From positions 1 to 40,108 of IMG/VR virus record IMGVR_UViG_3300033067_001333: a DNA stretch of 40,108 nt; one strand, given 5' to 3'. This document shows, one piece after another, positions 7,715 to 16,399 of this stretch. The notes under the pieces were generated by a model. That model did no database searches and was not told the DNA's origin. It saw nothing but the letters and a program-made list of their open reading frames with translations. The position numbers and the translations under genes were made by a program. The first letter of the stretch is position 1. Each line of letters starts with the position of its first letter. This DNA is from a virus (taxonomy: Duplodnaviria; Caudoviricetes).

Positions 7715-9408
7715 CGGTTTACCGCCCCAACACCTAGCATTGCGTCTAATGCCGTAGAGTCACCTACCTTAGTGTCAGATAAAACCTTTGCTTGCTGTGC
7801 CATGTTCGCGACTTCATTTGCTTGCTTTTCTTCGTCTTGTTGTTGTGCGCGCTGTTGTCTTAACGCGTTTAATTCTTCTGGGGATCTGACTATCTTTGGA
7901 GGGATCCCGAGCATATCGGCATAACTTCTTATCGCTTCATCTGGATCCAAATTATCAACTGCTGACGGGTACACTGAAACTAAAGATCCTGTGAACCGTG
8001 CAACCTGCTCGATGGACGTCAACCCGACCATCTTCTGCGCTTGTGCCAACATTGAGGTGTACTCAACATGCCATTCCTGGCCCTGCAATTCCTCAGGAGG
8101 AACAGGGATGAGACCAGAACGCAGCATTATGTTGAACGTTCTTTCAATCAAAGGATCCAATAACTCACTTTCTAATCTGTCTAGGACTGGCCCCAGCATG
8201 AGTAGTTTTTCTTCATGTCTTTCAACGATTTCACGAGCCGTCATATTTGGACGATCAGCCTGATAGATCATCAAAAATAAGTCAGCAAAAAACGTTGAGT
8301 CGATCTTTCCAGTTAATTGTTGAATTGCATTATCCATTGACTTTAGGTCAGGGTTTACTTCGTATGCTGCCCGTAACCCCGCGTTTGGAGATGAGCTGGA
8401 TGACCTCGTTATCCCACCTGGTAAGGTATTGATATCTTTTGACACGTTGCTATCAGCTTGCAATGGAGGATCAACAACCTTATCGAGTGCCAAAAGAAAT
8501 ACTTTCTTCATTTTCTGCAACATCTTTACATCACCAATAGCATCCCATCCTGGGCCTCTACCGTACACGTCTGATGTCGTCGTCGTATCCCACCTTGGAG
8601 CCAAGACGGGGAATTCGTTAAATCCAGATACGCTAAGGAATTTATTCTTATCATTGCAGGTCTCTTCCCAATAAATTGACCTATATTCCTTCCCTTGAAA
8701 GTCTGCGCGACCATCAACCCTTTGGTCATTTGGCTCGATTAGGCATCTAACTTCAAAGAATTGGTCCGGCCTGTTGTTTTTCATTGCAATGCGAACATTC
8801 TCAGATATGTTTTCATACCCGAACTCTTCAACCATCTGCATCGCAGTCATCTTGTATTCTCTTCCGAATGTGTTGACTCGACCGCTGCTATCGCAAGCCA
8901 ACACATATTCTCCAGCCGTAAAGTTCCGTCCGCGTATAACCGTTTTATAGTCTTCCACTAAGATCATTGCTGCTGTGCCAAAAGCTCCGACTTCATGGTA
9001 AAGGGAATTCAGCACTCCATAGATATTGGACTTTGAAAACACGCTCAACATGCGATCTTGAACGACTGATAACCATTCCTTAACCGGGTCGTAATTGAGT
9101 AAATCAGAGTCAGATAAAGAAAGCTTAAACCATGGCCTGGAAGGAGACGTTAATCCGCTTGTCATGCCACTGGATAAGATATTTAAAGATCTGGTCGCAT
9201 GTGCATCCAATAATGTCTTGTGGTCAATTTTCTTGCCGTAATTAGGAATATCTCCATCAAAGAACCCTCTTGTTGGAGATATGTAAGTACGTATTTCCTT
9301 AAGAGCTGGCACCCAAGAATCTCTCTCAGACTTAAGATCTTGGAATCTTTTTCTGAAAGTAATCTTCGGGTACTCTTTCGTAAAGCTGCTTTTCTCTGAT
9401 AGTTCCAC
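7711..9408 (-). CDS. Portal protein (head-tail connector, T7 gp8/Bbp21-like)
   Basis: 565 aa. GLTSPSRPWF, VYGRGPG, MTAREIVERHEEKLLMLGPVL, VEYTSMLAQAQK. Confidence 0.95.
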   Translation of the reverse strand: MELSEKSSFTKEYPKITFRKRFQDLKSERDSWVPALKEIRTYISPTRGFFDGDIPNYGKKIDHKTLLDAHATRSLNILSSGMTSGLTSPSRPWFKLSLSDSDLLNYDPVKEWLSVVQDRMLSVFSKSNIYGVLNSLYHEVGAFGTAAMILVEDYKTVIRGRNFTAGEYVLACDSSGRVNTFGREYKMTAMQMVEEFGYENISENVRIAMKNNRPDQFFEVRCLIEPNDQRVDGRADFQGKEYRSIYWEETCNDKNKFLSVSGFNEFPVLAPRWDTTTTSDVYGRGPGWDAIGDVKMLQKMKKVFLLALDKVVDPPLQADSNVSKDINTLPGGITRSSSSSPNAGLRAAYEVNPDLKSMDNAIQQLTGKIDSTFFADLFLMIYQADRPNMTAREIVERHEEKLLMLGPVLDRLESELLDPLIERTFNIMLRSGLIPVPPEELQGQEWHVEYTSMLAQAQKMVGLTSIEQVARFTGSLVSVYPSAVDNLDPDEAIRSYADMLGIPPKIVRSPEELNALRQQRAQQQDEEKQANEVANMAQQAKVLSDTKVGDSTALDAMLGVGAVNR

Positions 9409-9419
9409 GATAACCTCAA

Positions 9420-9749
9420 TTATCCGAGCAACGTTTTATTCTTTGTGGTTCCTGTGGCGGACGGACTAAGTAATGATGGAGACGATGTAATTCCCATTGG
9501 GGAAGTTCTTATTGTTGATAGCAATCCCTTTCGCATCGCTCGCATTTTCTTTAACGCCGTCATTTCCGACAACGAAGACGGGCTTACTGAAGGCAACGGG
9601 GTATCGACAGTTGTGGTATCTTTGGTATCTTTGGTATCTCCGTTGCCAGGGCTTAGAAAGCCTGGAGGACTATCAAATAAATCCACAACGGTTTCAAATG
9701 CCTGCTTAGCGCCTGTTTCAAGACTTTTTAATGGATTCCCGCCGCCCAT
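9420..9749 (-). CDS. Small pre-portal virion protein
   Basis: MGGG start and RKGLLSTIRTS...KTLLG end, typical of the gene between terL and portal in this group. Confidence 0.7.
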   Translation of the reverse strand: MGGGNPLKSLETGAKQAFETVVDLFDSPPGFLSPGNGDTKDTKDTTTVDTPLPSVSPSSLSEMTALKKMRAMRKGLLSTIRTSPMGITSSPSLLSPSATGTTKNKTLLG

Positions 9750-9760
9750 AAATCACCTCT

Positions 9761-11245
9761 TTAAACCCCTTTATAAGGGTCATATTTTTCTGTATTTGAA
9801 AACTCTTGCTTCAACATAAAGTTAATTGACGCGTTTTTGCTTTGAACAGGGAAAGCAAATGTTAAAGCTAAGGCATCTGCCCTATTTGGAGAAGCCAACC
9901 CACGCTTTCTCATGTCCTCTTTAGATTCCAACACTATCTTCTGCGTTCGTACATTCATGTGCCACTCTGGCCAAGAAAGCTCTTCGCATAACTGTGGGTC
10001 ATCCGGAATAACACCTCCCTGTTTAAGCCATTCACGTAACTGCGCCCACATGTCCGCTCTTTTGTTTAAGAACTCATTAGCTGAGCTAGCACCGCCAAAG
10101 TTAACCAGCGTCCATTTGTCGCGCCCCATAAGCTTTCCAGCAGATGCAATACCACTACCGTGTCCAAAATCGATAAACACAGCGTCTGCCTTGTACTCAT
10201 CTTCCAGTCGCGCCAAGTATCCTGCTGCTGCCATGTCATCCTTTAAACCTTTGAAAGATCCAATCTGCTTCGAGAACAACCCTTGGCGTAAAAATATTGC
10301 GAACTCATCACTGTAAGCGGGATCCGCTCCAATAATCACAGGTGCGTAGTGATATGAGGCCATCCCAAGCTTCTTCCCGCGAGCCACACCAATCAAATCT
10401 GCAGGGATAAATTGCTTGTCCGACGTATTAGGGAACTCGCCTCTTACCCTAACCTTGAAGAAGTCTGAATTCTCCCCATAATCGTCTTCCCATTTTTTAA
10501 TCTGAGACTTGTTTGAAATGGAGACATTCCTTGAATCTACTTGCTCAGTCTTCCACCTATGTTTGTTTTTGTGAAAACAACTATAAAAACGGCCTGTATT
10601 TCTCGTCGGATTTCCGAATGCGAACCAAAGAATCTCTGTGTTCTCGTCTGTTAACGCGCCTTCTGATACTTCCCAAATCTTGTCGTCGATGGCCGAGGCC
10701 TCATCGAATATCAAAAGAATCCTTTTATGCAGATTATGCAGCCCAGCAAAAGCCTCAGTGTTAGTGATTGACCATGGAACTAAGTCAACTCGCCACGTCT
10801 TTTCATGGTCTGGATCGGCTGAATAAATCGCTGTTGCAGTTAAAACAAACCAATGCTTCGCTATGAACCTGTGATACCACTTCGACAATTCCGGCCAAGT
10901 TTTTGTCCTGAGCTGCGTGTCTGTATTAGCTGTTACAATCCCGCGTGTGTCTTCCATTGTTGCCATCGCCCAAAGGATTAGCCATGAGACTAAAGCTGAC
11001 TTTCCTATCCCGTGACCTGAAGCAACCGCAATTTGAATTGCCTCGTTAATCGTTAATAAGCCTTCACCGACATCCTTCAGTATCTTTTTCTGCCAGTCTT
11101 CTAACGTTCTTTCCTTTAGTTCCCCTTGTCCCCAGTCGAAGGCATACAGGACAAAACCGTAAGGATCATGTGAAAATGAAGCCATGTCATTGATTAACTC
11201 TTGCTCTAGATCGACTTCTTGACTAATTGCTTGCTGAGTTTCCAT
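9761..11245 (-). CDS. terL: Terminase large subunit
   Basis: Walker A ASGHGIGKS, Walker B LLIFDEAS, FGNPTR coupling motif, nuclease IGADPA and SPNRADALALTF. Confidence 0.95.
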   Translation of the reverse strand: METQQAISQEVDLEQELINDMASFSHDPYGFVLYAFDWGQGELKERTLEDWQKKILKDVGEGLLTINEAIQIAVASGHGIGKSALVSWLILWAMATMEDTRGIVTANTDTQLRTKTWPELSKWYHRFIAKHWFVLTATAIYSADPDHEKTWRVDLVPWSITNTEAFAGLHNLHKRILLIFDEASAIDDKIWEVSEGALTDENTEILWFAFGNPTRNTGRFYSCFHKNKHRWKTEQVDSRNVSISNKSQIKKWEDDYGENSDFFKVRVRGEFPNTSDKQFIPADLIGVARGKKLGMASYHYAPVIIGADPAYSDEFAIFLRQGLFSKQIGSFKGLKDDMAAAGYLARLEDEYKADAVFIDFGHGSGIASAGKLMGRDKWTLVNFGGASSANEFLNKRADMWAQLREWLKQGGVIPDDPQLCEELSWPEWHMNVRTQKIVLESKEDMRKRGLASPNRADALALTFAFPVQSKNASINFMLKQEFSNTEKYDPYKGV

Positions 11246-11525
11246 CTTTAAACTCTGGCTCCACGTCGATCACTAACTTGAACCCATATTGTTTCTTTAC
11301 AAGCTGCACCGAGACATTAATGTCAATATTGCTTTTCGTATAAGCAGACTTTTTCTCGAATATCGGTTTTGCTGTAACTATTGGCTTTGAAATCACCTTA
11401 AGCCTTGGAATGCCTGCGTTTTCGTGAAACTCAACACTGTGCCCACAAGTAGCACACACCCCAATGGAACACTTCTTTGCTTCGTATTCCTTGCAAAAGC
11501 ACTTATTTTGCAAGCAATTCTTCAT
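11223..11525 (-). CDS. Hypothetical protein with N-terminal Cys/His cluster
   Basis: CxxxxCxC...CxxxxCxxCGHxxxxH. Overlaps the terL start. Confidence 0.65.
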   Translation of the reverse strand: MKNCLQNKCFCKEYEAKKCSIGVCATCGHSVEFHENAGIPRLKVISKPIVTAKPIFEKKSAYTKSNIDINVSVQLVKKQYGFKLVIDVEPEFKDGNSASN

Positions 11526-11530
11526 TTCTA

Positions 11531-11941
11531 TTAGAGCCCGCCAGACTGTGCGTATCTAAGATTCATGATAACGTCATTCGCCACAAGCACTGTCACATCA
11601 GCATCACCAATGGCACCAGTGATTCCATATCCCAATCCAAGGAGAAATGGCCCCCATCCAGCAAAGGATGACAACTCGATCTTCCCGCTTGCAGGTAGAA
11701 TAAGACGCATCTTCGGGGTGTCTGACCCAACCGTTGGAGCAGTAGCCTTGTCATAAAACTTGATGTATTTGGCAGCGGCAGTATTGTTGTAAATAGCTAA
11801 CTCTGTAATTATGAGCGGCACTCTGGTCGCATTTGCTCCGATTAACGGCGATGCGGCAACGAGAACTGAGTTAGTATCCGCTGTTGCATATCGCGAATGC
11901 CAAGTTCCAACTGCGCGATCTACTGATTCTCTTGATGGCAT
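11531..11941 (-). CDS. Putative beta-sandwich virion accessory protein
   Basis: YNNTAAAKYIKFYDKATAPTVGSDTP...GLGYGIT. Ala/Thr/Gly-rich, AGGAG SD. Confidence 0.6.
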   Translation of the reverse strand: MPSRESVDRAVGTWHSRYATADTNSVLVAASPLIGANATRVPLIITELAIYNNTAAAKYIKFYDKATAPTVGSDTPKMRLILPASGKIELSSFAGWGPFLLGLGYGITGAIGDADVTVLVANDVIMNLRYAQSGGL

Positions 11942-11953
11942 ATAAGACTCCTA

Positions 11954-12163
11954 TTAAACGATGTGAAGCATATCTGGGATTCTGGGTATTAACTTGTGGC
12001 AATGAGGGCATTCAGTCGGCTTACCTGAATACTCTTTACGGCAAAACGTGCACAACATCGAACGGGTTGTGGATTGAGACATGGTAAATGCCTTTGGTTC
12101 ACTACCAACGACGTCGTACTTGATGTTGTTAAAGTGTTTATGGAGATCTTCCGCGTCATTCAT
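11954..12163 (-). CDS. Small zinc-ribbon protein
   Basis: CTFC...CPHC. TGATG coupling to terS. Confidence 0.65.
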   Translation of the reverse strand: MNDAEDLHKHFNNIKYDVVGSEPKAFTMSQSTTRSMLCTFCRKEYSGKPTECPHCHKLIPRIPDMLHIV

Positions 12164-12654
12164 CAGTCGGTACCGCCAGCCTGCATTGTTTTATTCACAT
12201 CTGTCTCCCAGCTGGCATGGCGCATTGTCCAACTATCGCTTGAATTCGACGCTTTACTATTTGTTGATTTAGCATCAGATACACGCTTCCGTGCATTACT
12301 AAGCCTCTCCGAAATCGTCCCATTTACTTTCATTTCAACTTTCTCAATGAAATCTGCTTCTGATTTTCCGAGTAATTCAGATGCTCTTAATCTAGCCTGA
12401 ATTTCTTCACTTGAAGAGTTCATAACCTTGGTCCAAAACTTTTGACGATCTTGACGGGTTGCAATAAGCGAACTGATTTCTTTTTTTTGGCGAGATTCAA
12501 TGGCAGATTTGATCTTAGGATTCCTTAGCAGTCTATTTGCAGAGACGCCTAAAACGTTATCTGAGCCTTTATACCCAGCATCTCTTGCGGCTTTTGTTCC
12601 GTTACCATCATAGAGCTCAACGAACCTTTTCTCTCGGAAAGTTAATTCTTTCAT
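12163..12654 (-). CDS. terS: Terminase small subunit
   Basis: LTFREKRFVELY.GNGTKAARDAGY...ANRLLRNPKI, RLRASELLGK. Start moved to the ATG at 12654 (track gives 12735). Confidence 0.9.
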   Translation of the reverse strand: MKELTFREKRFVELYDGNGTKAARDAGYKGSDNVLGVSANRLLRNPKIKSAIESRQKKEISSLIATRQDRQKFWTKVMNSSSEEIQARLRASELLGKSEADFIEKVEMKVNGTISERLSNARKRVSDAKSTNSKASNSSDSWTMRHASWETDVNKTMQAGGTD

Positions 12655-12681
12655 GATGGGATTGTGTGACTTGAAAATAAA

Positions 12682-12992
12682 AATCCATTCTTCCTCCGTC
12701 CGGTGAGAGACAAAAAGAAAGAATGGATTAAACAAGTCCGCGGGGAGCAGACGTTAAAATATGTTGTATGAAATGCGGGGATAAGATCCATGATCCTCCA
12801 TGAATCTGCGCCCCCGCGATTAAATCTGTGCGTATTCTAAATTAGAATTCTGGTAAGTTCGATATCTCTAAGTGGATTATTTTTGCGGATTTTGGCGAAT
12901 TCTTTCTGCGTGGAACAAATTATTGGGGCGATGGCTAATTCGCGTTAATCGTGTAGCTGGCCGTATCACAGCCATTTGAACTCACGATTAAC
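12682..12992 (-). promoter_or_regulatory. Structured leader upstream of the packaging/late operon
   Basis: Three long inverted repeats: 12682-92/12719-29, 12739-51/12805-18, 12944-53/12983-92. Confidence 0.5.
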
Positions 12993-13029
12993 CTTATACA
13001 CCGCATTTGCCTAGCGGGCACACGAAAAA

Positions 13030-13224
13030 CTACCCTGGAATCCTGATGCAATCAATATCTAACCCATCCTTACACATCACCGGTTTCAATGAATAGTATC
13101 CAGCGCTATCAACAAAAACTGTCTTGCTCGTATATTGTAAGTAATTATTTATTACATCAATTACCTGCTGTTTATTTAGGAATTTATCGTTTCTAAGCTT
13201 CTTTCTGACTTTGCCTGTCTTCAT
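13030..13224 (-). CDS. Hypothetical protein
   Basis: 64-aa ORF with a strong GGAGGAGG SD. Confidence 0.65.
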   Translation of the reverse strand: MKTGKVRKKLRNDKFLNKQQVIDVINNYLQYTSKTVFVDSAGYYSLKPVMCKDGLDIDCIRIPG

Positions 13225-13251
13225 TTCTCCTCCTCCGAGTCAACCTCAATC

Positions 13252-13503
13252 TCAGAAATGCGTAGCTGTCTTTTCCTGTTCGTGATTCACGCATCCGAAA
13301 TCTGGTCCAGACACCATCCCCCATCCTTCGTCGTACTCGACTTGGATTCCATCATTAGGGACGTCCTCCCGAACACCATATCCGTATATATGCTTGGGAT
13401 TCCCACAGATTTTTAATCTTTCATTTTCATAATCGGCTTGCTTCACACCACTTTTGTCCCACCATAACACTCCCCACCATTTACAGGTTGAACAATGATT
13501 CAT
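13252..13503 (-). CDS. Cys-motif hypothetical protein
   Basis: CSTCKWW...C...GPDFGCVNH. GGAGG SD before the ATG at 13503. Confidence 0.7.
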   Translation of the reverse strand: MNHCSTCKWWGVLWWDKSGVKQADYENERLKICGNPKHIYGYGVREDVPNDGIQVEYDEGWGMVSGPDFGCVNHEQEKTATHF

Positions 13504-13598
13504 TTCTTCCTCCAAGGCGGACCGACCAATATCCCGACGATAGCAATAACAATGTTTATTGGTGATGGAAAAGCAAAAGCATTTTTCAAAAAACTCAT
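13500..13598 (-). CDS. 32-aa hydrophobic peptide
   Basis: MSFLKNAFAFPSPINIVIAIVGILVGPPWRKK. GGAGGT SD, ATGA overlaps on both sides. Confidence 0.5.
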   Translation of the reverse strand: MSFLKNAFAFPSPINIVIAIVGILVGPPWRKK

Positions 13599-13660
13599 TT
13601 CACCACCTCCGGGGGCTCGTAAATATTTCCGATAATCTCACAATTTTCCCAGACACTCAT
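13595..13660 (-). pseudogene. 21-codon remnant of a YopX-family gene
   Basis: MSVWENCEIIGNIYEPPEVVK matches the YopX C-terminal EVIGNIYENPEL signature. Confidence 0.6.
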
Positions 13661-13875
13661 GTCATTAATTTTGCCTCTGTACAATAAAAACCCCAGTATG
13701 TTTTGTAGATATCATGCGTTCTTCCGCAAAATGGACACCAATACTGGGACACTAAAGGGGTTCCCGTTGAAGGATAGTGAGGATAGTTTTGTTTTTTTTC
13801 TTCATTACAAAATTCACACCCCGTAACATTAGGGGCGAAACACTTTCCGCATTTTGGACACTCCCAACCTTTCAT
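13657..13875 (-). CDS. Zinc-finger hypothetical protein
   Basis: GWECPKCG...CEFC and CPFCG. ATGA coupling. Confidence 0.7.
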   Translation of the reverse strand: MKGWECPKCGKCFAPNVTGCEFCNEEKKQNYPHYPSTGTPLVSQYWCPFCGRTHDIYKTYWGFYCTEAKLMT

Positions 13876-14255
13876 TTGGTTACACTTGGTTTCAATTTTT
13901 CAACCCAATCAGTTGCTAATTCAGCAATATTATTTGGCAATTTTTTTAGCGCTTCATTTTCAGAAATCGCATGCGATATTTTGGGAAGAACGGTTATTGC
14001 GGCCATTTCTTTTGTAGTTGGAATAAAACACGAAATTATTAATAATGGGAGGCCTACTAAAGCAGATACATAACATGCTTTAAGAGATGCCAAAGCTTCT
14101 TTTAATTCTCTATCGCTAGAGTAAGATGAATTGAAAATTAAAAAAGAAGTAACATAGAAAAACACCATTAAACAACATAGAGTAGAACCAGTAACAAAGA
14201 AAAATGATTTAATCCCATCCATCCTTGTAATCCAATATATTTCCCAACCTTTCAT
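13872..14255 (-). CDS. Two-TM phage membrane protein
   Basis: IYWITRMD, two hydrophobic helices, FIPTTKEMAAI. Confidence 0.75.
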   Translation of the reverse strand: MKGWEIYWITRMDGIKSFFFVTGSTLCCLMVFFYVTSFLIFNSSYSSDRELKEALASLKACYVSALVGLPLLIISCFIPTTKEMAAITVLPKISHAISENEALKKLPNNIAELATDWVEKLKPSVTK

Positions 14256-14485
14256 ATAAACTTCCTAAGCATATTTTTAAACTCGATCGGAGAAGTCGTT
14301 AAATATACAAGGAACAGCTTCTTTGCTTCTTCTAAAGATGATCTGTGACCTATAATATTTCCGTCTACGACGACACATTTGTTTACTGGACAATATAAAC
14401 CACTAAAACCATCCTTCAATAATTTGCAGTCCCTTTTACGCCTATCACTCCGGCAAACACCGCCATCAAATGTTTCAACATTCAT
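14252..14485 (-). CDS. Hypothetical protein
   Basis: 77-aa ORF, ATGA coupled on both sides. Confidence 0.55.
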   Translation of the reverse strand: MNVETFDGGVCRSDRRKRDCKLLKDGFSGLYCPVNKCVVVDGNIIGHRSSLEEAKKLFLVYLTTSPIEFKNMLRKFI

Positions 14486-14595
14486 ACGACACTGTAACGG
14501 TAACCTGAACCGCCACCGATACCGTAACCTGAACCGTCACCGTAACCTGAACCGATACCAGAACCGACAGGAATAAATCCTATATTAGGGAACAT
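14482..14595 (-). CDS. Gly-X repeat peptide (37 aa)
   Basis: MFPNIGFIPVGSGIGSGYGDGSGYGIGGGSGYRYSVV. TAATG and ATGA overlaps. GTAACCTGAACCG occurs three times. Confidence 0.65.
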   Translation of the reverse strand: MFPNIGFIPVGSGIGSGYGDGSGYGIGGGSGYRYSVV

Positions 14596-14966
14596 TACAC
14601 TTTCCATACAGGAACACTATTAATTGATTGTTTAGCTTTCTTTGTCACATCCAATATTTCTATGACCTCAGTTAATAATATGCTACTCACCTCAACAGGA
14701 AATTTGCATTCCTCTGGTTTAGTGGTCCCATCAACGGCAAGTTGCGATAAAGAAGCTGCCCCTGCCCAATACCACATCCTTCGCGCGTTCCTTAAAGTAA
14801 CCTCTTTCCCACATTTATTTTCTAAATATCCAGCAAACACTCCGGCTGAATAGGTGCGAACAATTACATATGTTAATCCATCACAAGTTTCTGTAACTTC
14901 TTTTTCACTTTCTTTAGGGATATAAGTCACCCCATTAATCAACAACTCTTTTACTTCTGTATTCAT
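14595..14966 (-). CDS. DUF6948-like protein
   Basis: VIVRTYSAGVFAG...LRNARRMWYWAGAASLSQLA. Start moved to the ATG at 14966 (GAGGAGG SD). Confidence 0.75.
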   Translation of the reverse strand: MNTEVKELLINGVTYIPKESEKEVTETCDGLTYVIVRTYSAGVFAGYLENKCGKEVTLRNARRMWYWAGAASLSQLAVDGTTKPEECKFPVEVSSILLTEVIEILDVTKKAKQSINSVPVWKV

Positions 14967-15064
14967 ATATCCTCCTCTATTTTTCATAAACTTTTTTGAT
15001 ATAAGATAAAAAACACCCATAATTAACCATCCTGTACACGCCATGTTAAAATGAAGGTCTCCCC

Positions 15065-15274
15065 CTACCCTATCCTCTCAGGGGAGACCAAATTGTTTTT
15101 TGGAATAAATCCCTGCATTCCTAAGCGAGCTATCGTTCTATAAACAACCCACCTCGAAAGACTTAACTTATTGGCAATTTCTTTCGGCGCCAAAGGTTCT
15201 TGCGTTTTAGATCCTATGTAAAGAACGAGTATTTTGTTGTCCCGGGCAACTAAGTACGGCCTATTTTGTTTCAT
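15065..15274 (-). CDS. Small HTH DNA-binding protein
   Basis: ARDNKIL...PKEIANKLSLSRWVVYRTIAR helix-turn-helix pattern. Confidence 0.65.
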   Translation of the reverse strand: MKQNRPYLVARDNKILVLYIGSKTQEPLAPKEIANKLSLSRWVVYRTIARLGMQGFIPKNNLVSPERIG

Positions 15275-15277
15275 TAT

Positions 15278-15721
15278 TCAATCCCAATGAAGGCCCAAAA
15301 AACCTTTCGTCCAAACAAAATGGCGTAGAGCTCCGTCGAGAAATGTTCCGGCGACATCCCACCTCCACGAAAATGGTTTCCTAAAATAAATCCCACGCTC
15401 CGTTCCAGAAATCCAATTTCCGTTATTATCTTGTTTTTGCAACTGCCAAAAATTCCAGCAGTGGTAACCGTCAGGGCTTGTTTTTAACCACCCTTTTTTT
15501 GATTTTTTTTGCAAATGTGTTACAGCCCATGTTTTCCCATCCTTCTCAAATGGTCCGAAATTCTTTAACACGTGAACTTCGTTGTCTCCGCCTATATACA
15601 TTTCACTTCCGTCTAAGCTTTCACAGCGCATAGGTCCATCTACAACACCTTCTATTATTGTCGGATAACTAACTGTTGGATATTCCGGCTTCTTGAATAA
15701 ACTCATTTTTTCTCCTGTCAT
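15278..15721 (-). CDS. Trp-rich hypothetical protein
   Basis: 147-aa ORF. Likely start is MSLFKK after an AGGAG SD. Confidence 0.65.
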   Translation of the reverse strand: MTGEKMSLFKKPEYPTVSYPTIIEGVVDGPMRCESLDGSEMYIGGDNEVHVLKNFGPFEKDGKTWAVTHLQKKSKKGWLKTSPDGYHCWNFWQLQKQDNNGNWISGTERGIYFRKPFSWRWDVAGTFLDGALRHFVWTKGFLGLHWD

Positions 15722-15872
15722 TATTCATGTCTATTTTTTTTGCAAATTCCATTAAGCAACTAGAGCAGATATCTAATTTGTGAACCCAATCAGACACTTC
15801 AATTTCTCCGCATTTAGCTGGTTTTCTACAGCGATGACAATACGTAGTAGTGACCCCAGATATTTCAATCAT
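15669..15872 (-). CDS. Small zinc-finger protein
   Basis: CHRC...DICSSC. Confidence 0.65.
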   Translation of the reverse strand: MIEISGVTTTYCHRCRKPAKCGEIEVSDWVHKLDICSSCLMEFAKKIDMNNDRRKNEFIQEAGISNS

Positions 15873-15959
15873 CTGTTAACAACCAACCTTATCGGTATTT
15901 GTATGGTGAACGATGTTCTCTTCTCTGTTTATTTTTCTTTTTTGTTTTTTTCGTTTTTT

Positions 15960-16346
15960 TCATTTTCGTAACCATCCCTTTTCTTTAAGTTCCATTTTGA
16001 GCCCCATAGCGATCATTTTTTCGTCAACTTTTTGCGGGGTATGCGCCCTTAAACGAAGCGCATCAAATCTTTTTTCGCCCAATCTTTTTTTAAAAAACTC
16101 CACATGCTCTAATGGGAAAGCGGTCATATGCTGGTGACACCTAAAACAAAGAGCAGCCGCATTATCTTCGTCAAATCGTACAGACTTCATCCCCCTCCCC
16201 CAAAAGTGAGAACAATGAAGCCCCGCTGTTGGGGGCTCGTATTGAGTAAAGCAACGTTCACATTTCCAATCTGCCCTATTTCTTATTTTTAGACTAAAAT
16301 ATTTATCTGCTGTAGAAATTTTCAGTCTAAACACAGGAAGACCCAT
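15960..16346 (-). CDS. NinG/Rap-like HNH-type recombination endonuclease
   Basis: ADKYFSLKIRNR..CERC...HCSHF.GR....VRFDEDN...LCFRCH. Confidence 0.8.
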   Translation of the reverse strand: MGLPVFRLKISTADKYFSLKIRNRADWKCERCFTQYEPPTAGLHCSHFWGRGMKSVRFDEDNAAALCFRCHQHMTAFPLEHVEFFKKRLGEKRFDALRLRAHTPQKVDEKMIAMGLKMELKEKGWLRK

Positions 16347-16399
16347 TCTTCATTTTCATATTCACTAGCTGATCGCGCGTCTTCAAAGTAAAAAAACAT

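Noticed and set aside
9613-9639. Short tandem repeat TGGTATCTT
   Set aside because: It encodes a low-complexity DTKDTKDT linker with no sign of another role.
12655-12735. N-terminal extension of terS in the ORF track
   Set aside because: It runs through an inverted repeat, and terS similarity begins at MKELT (12654).
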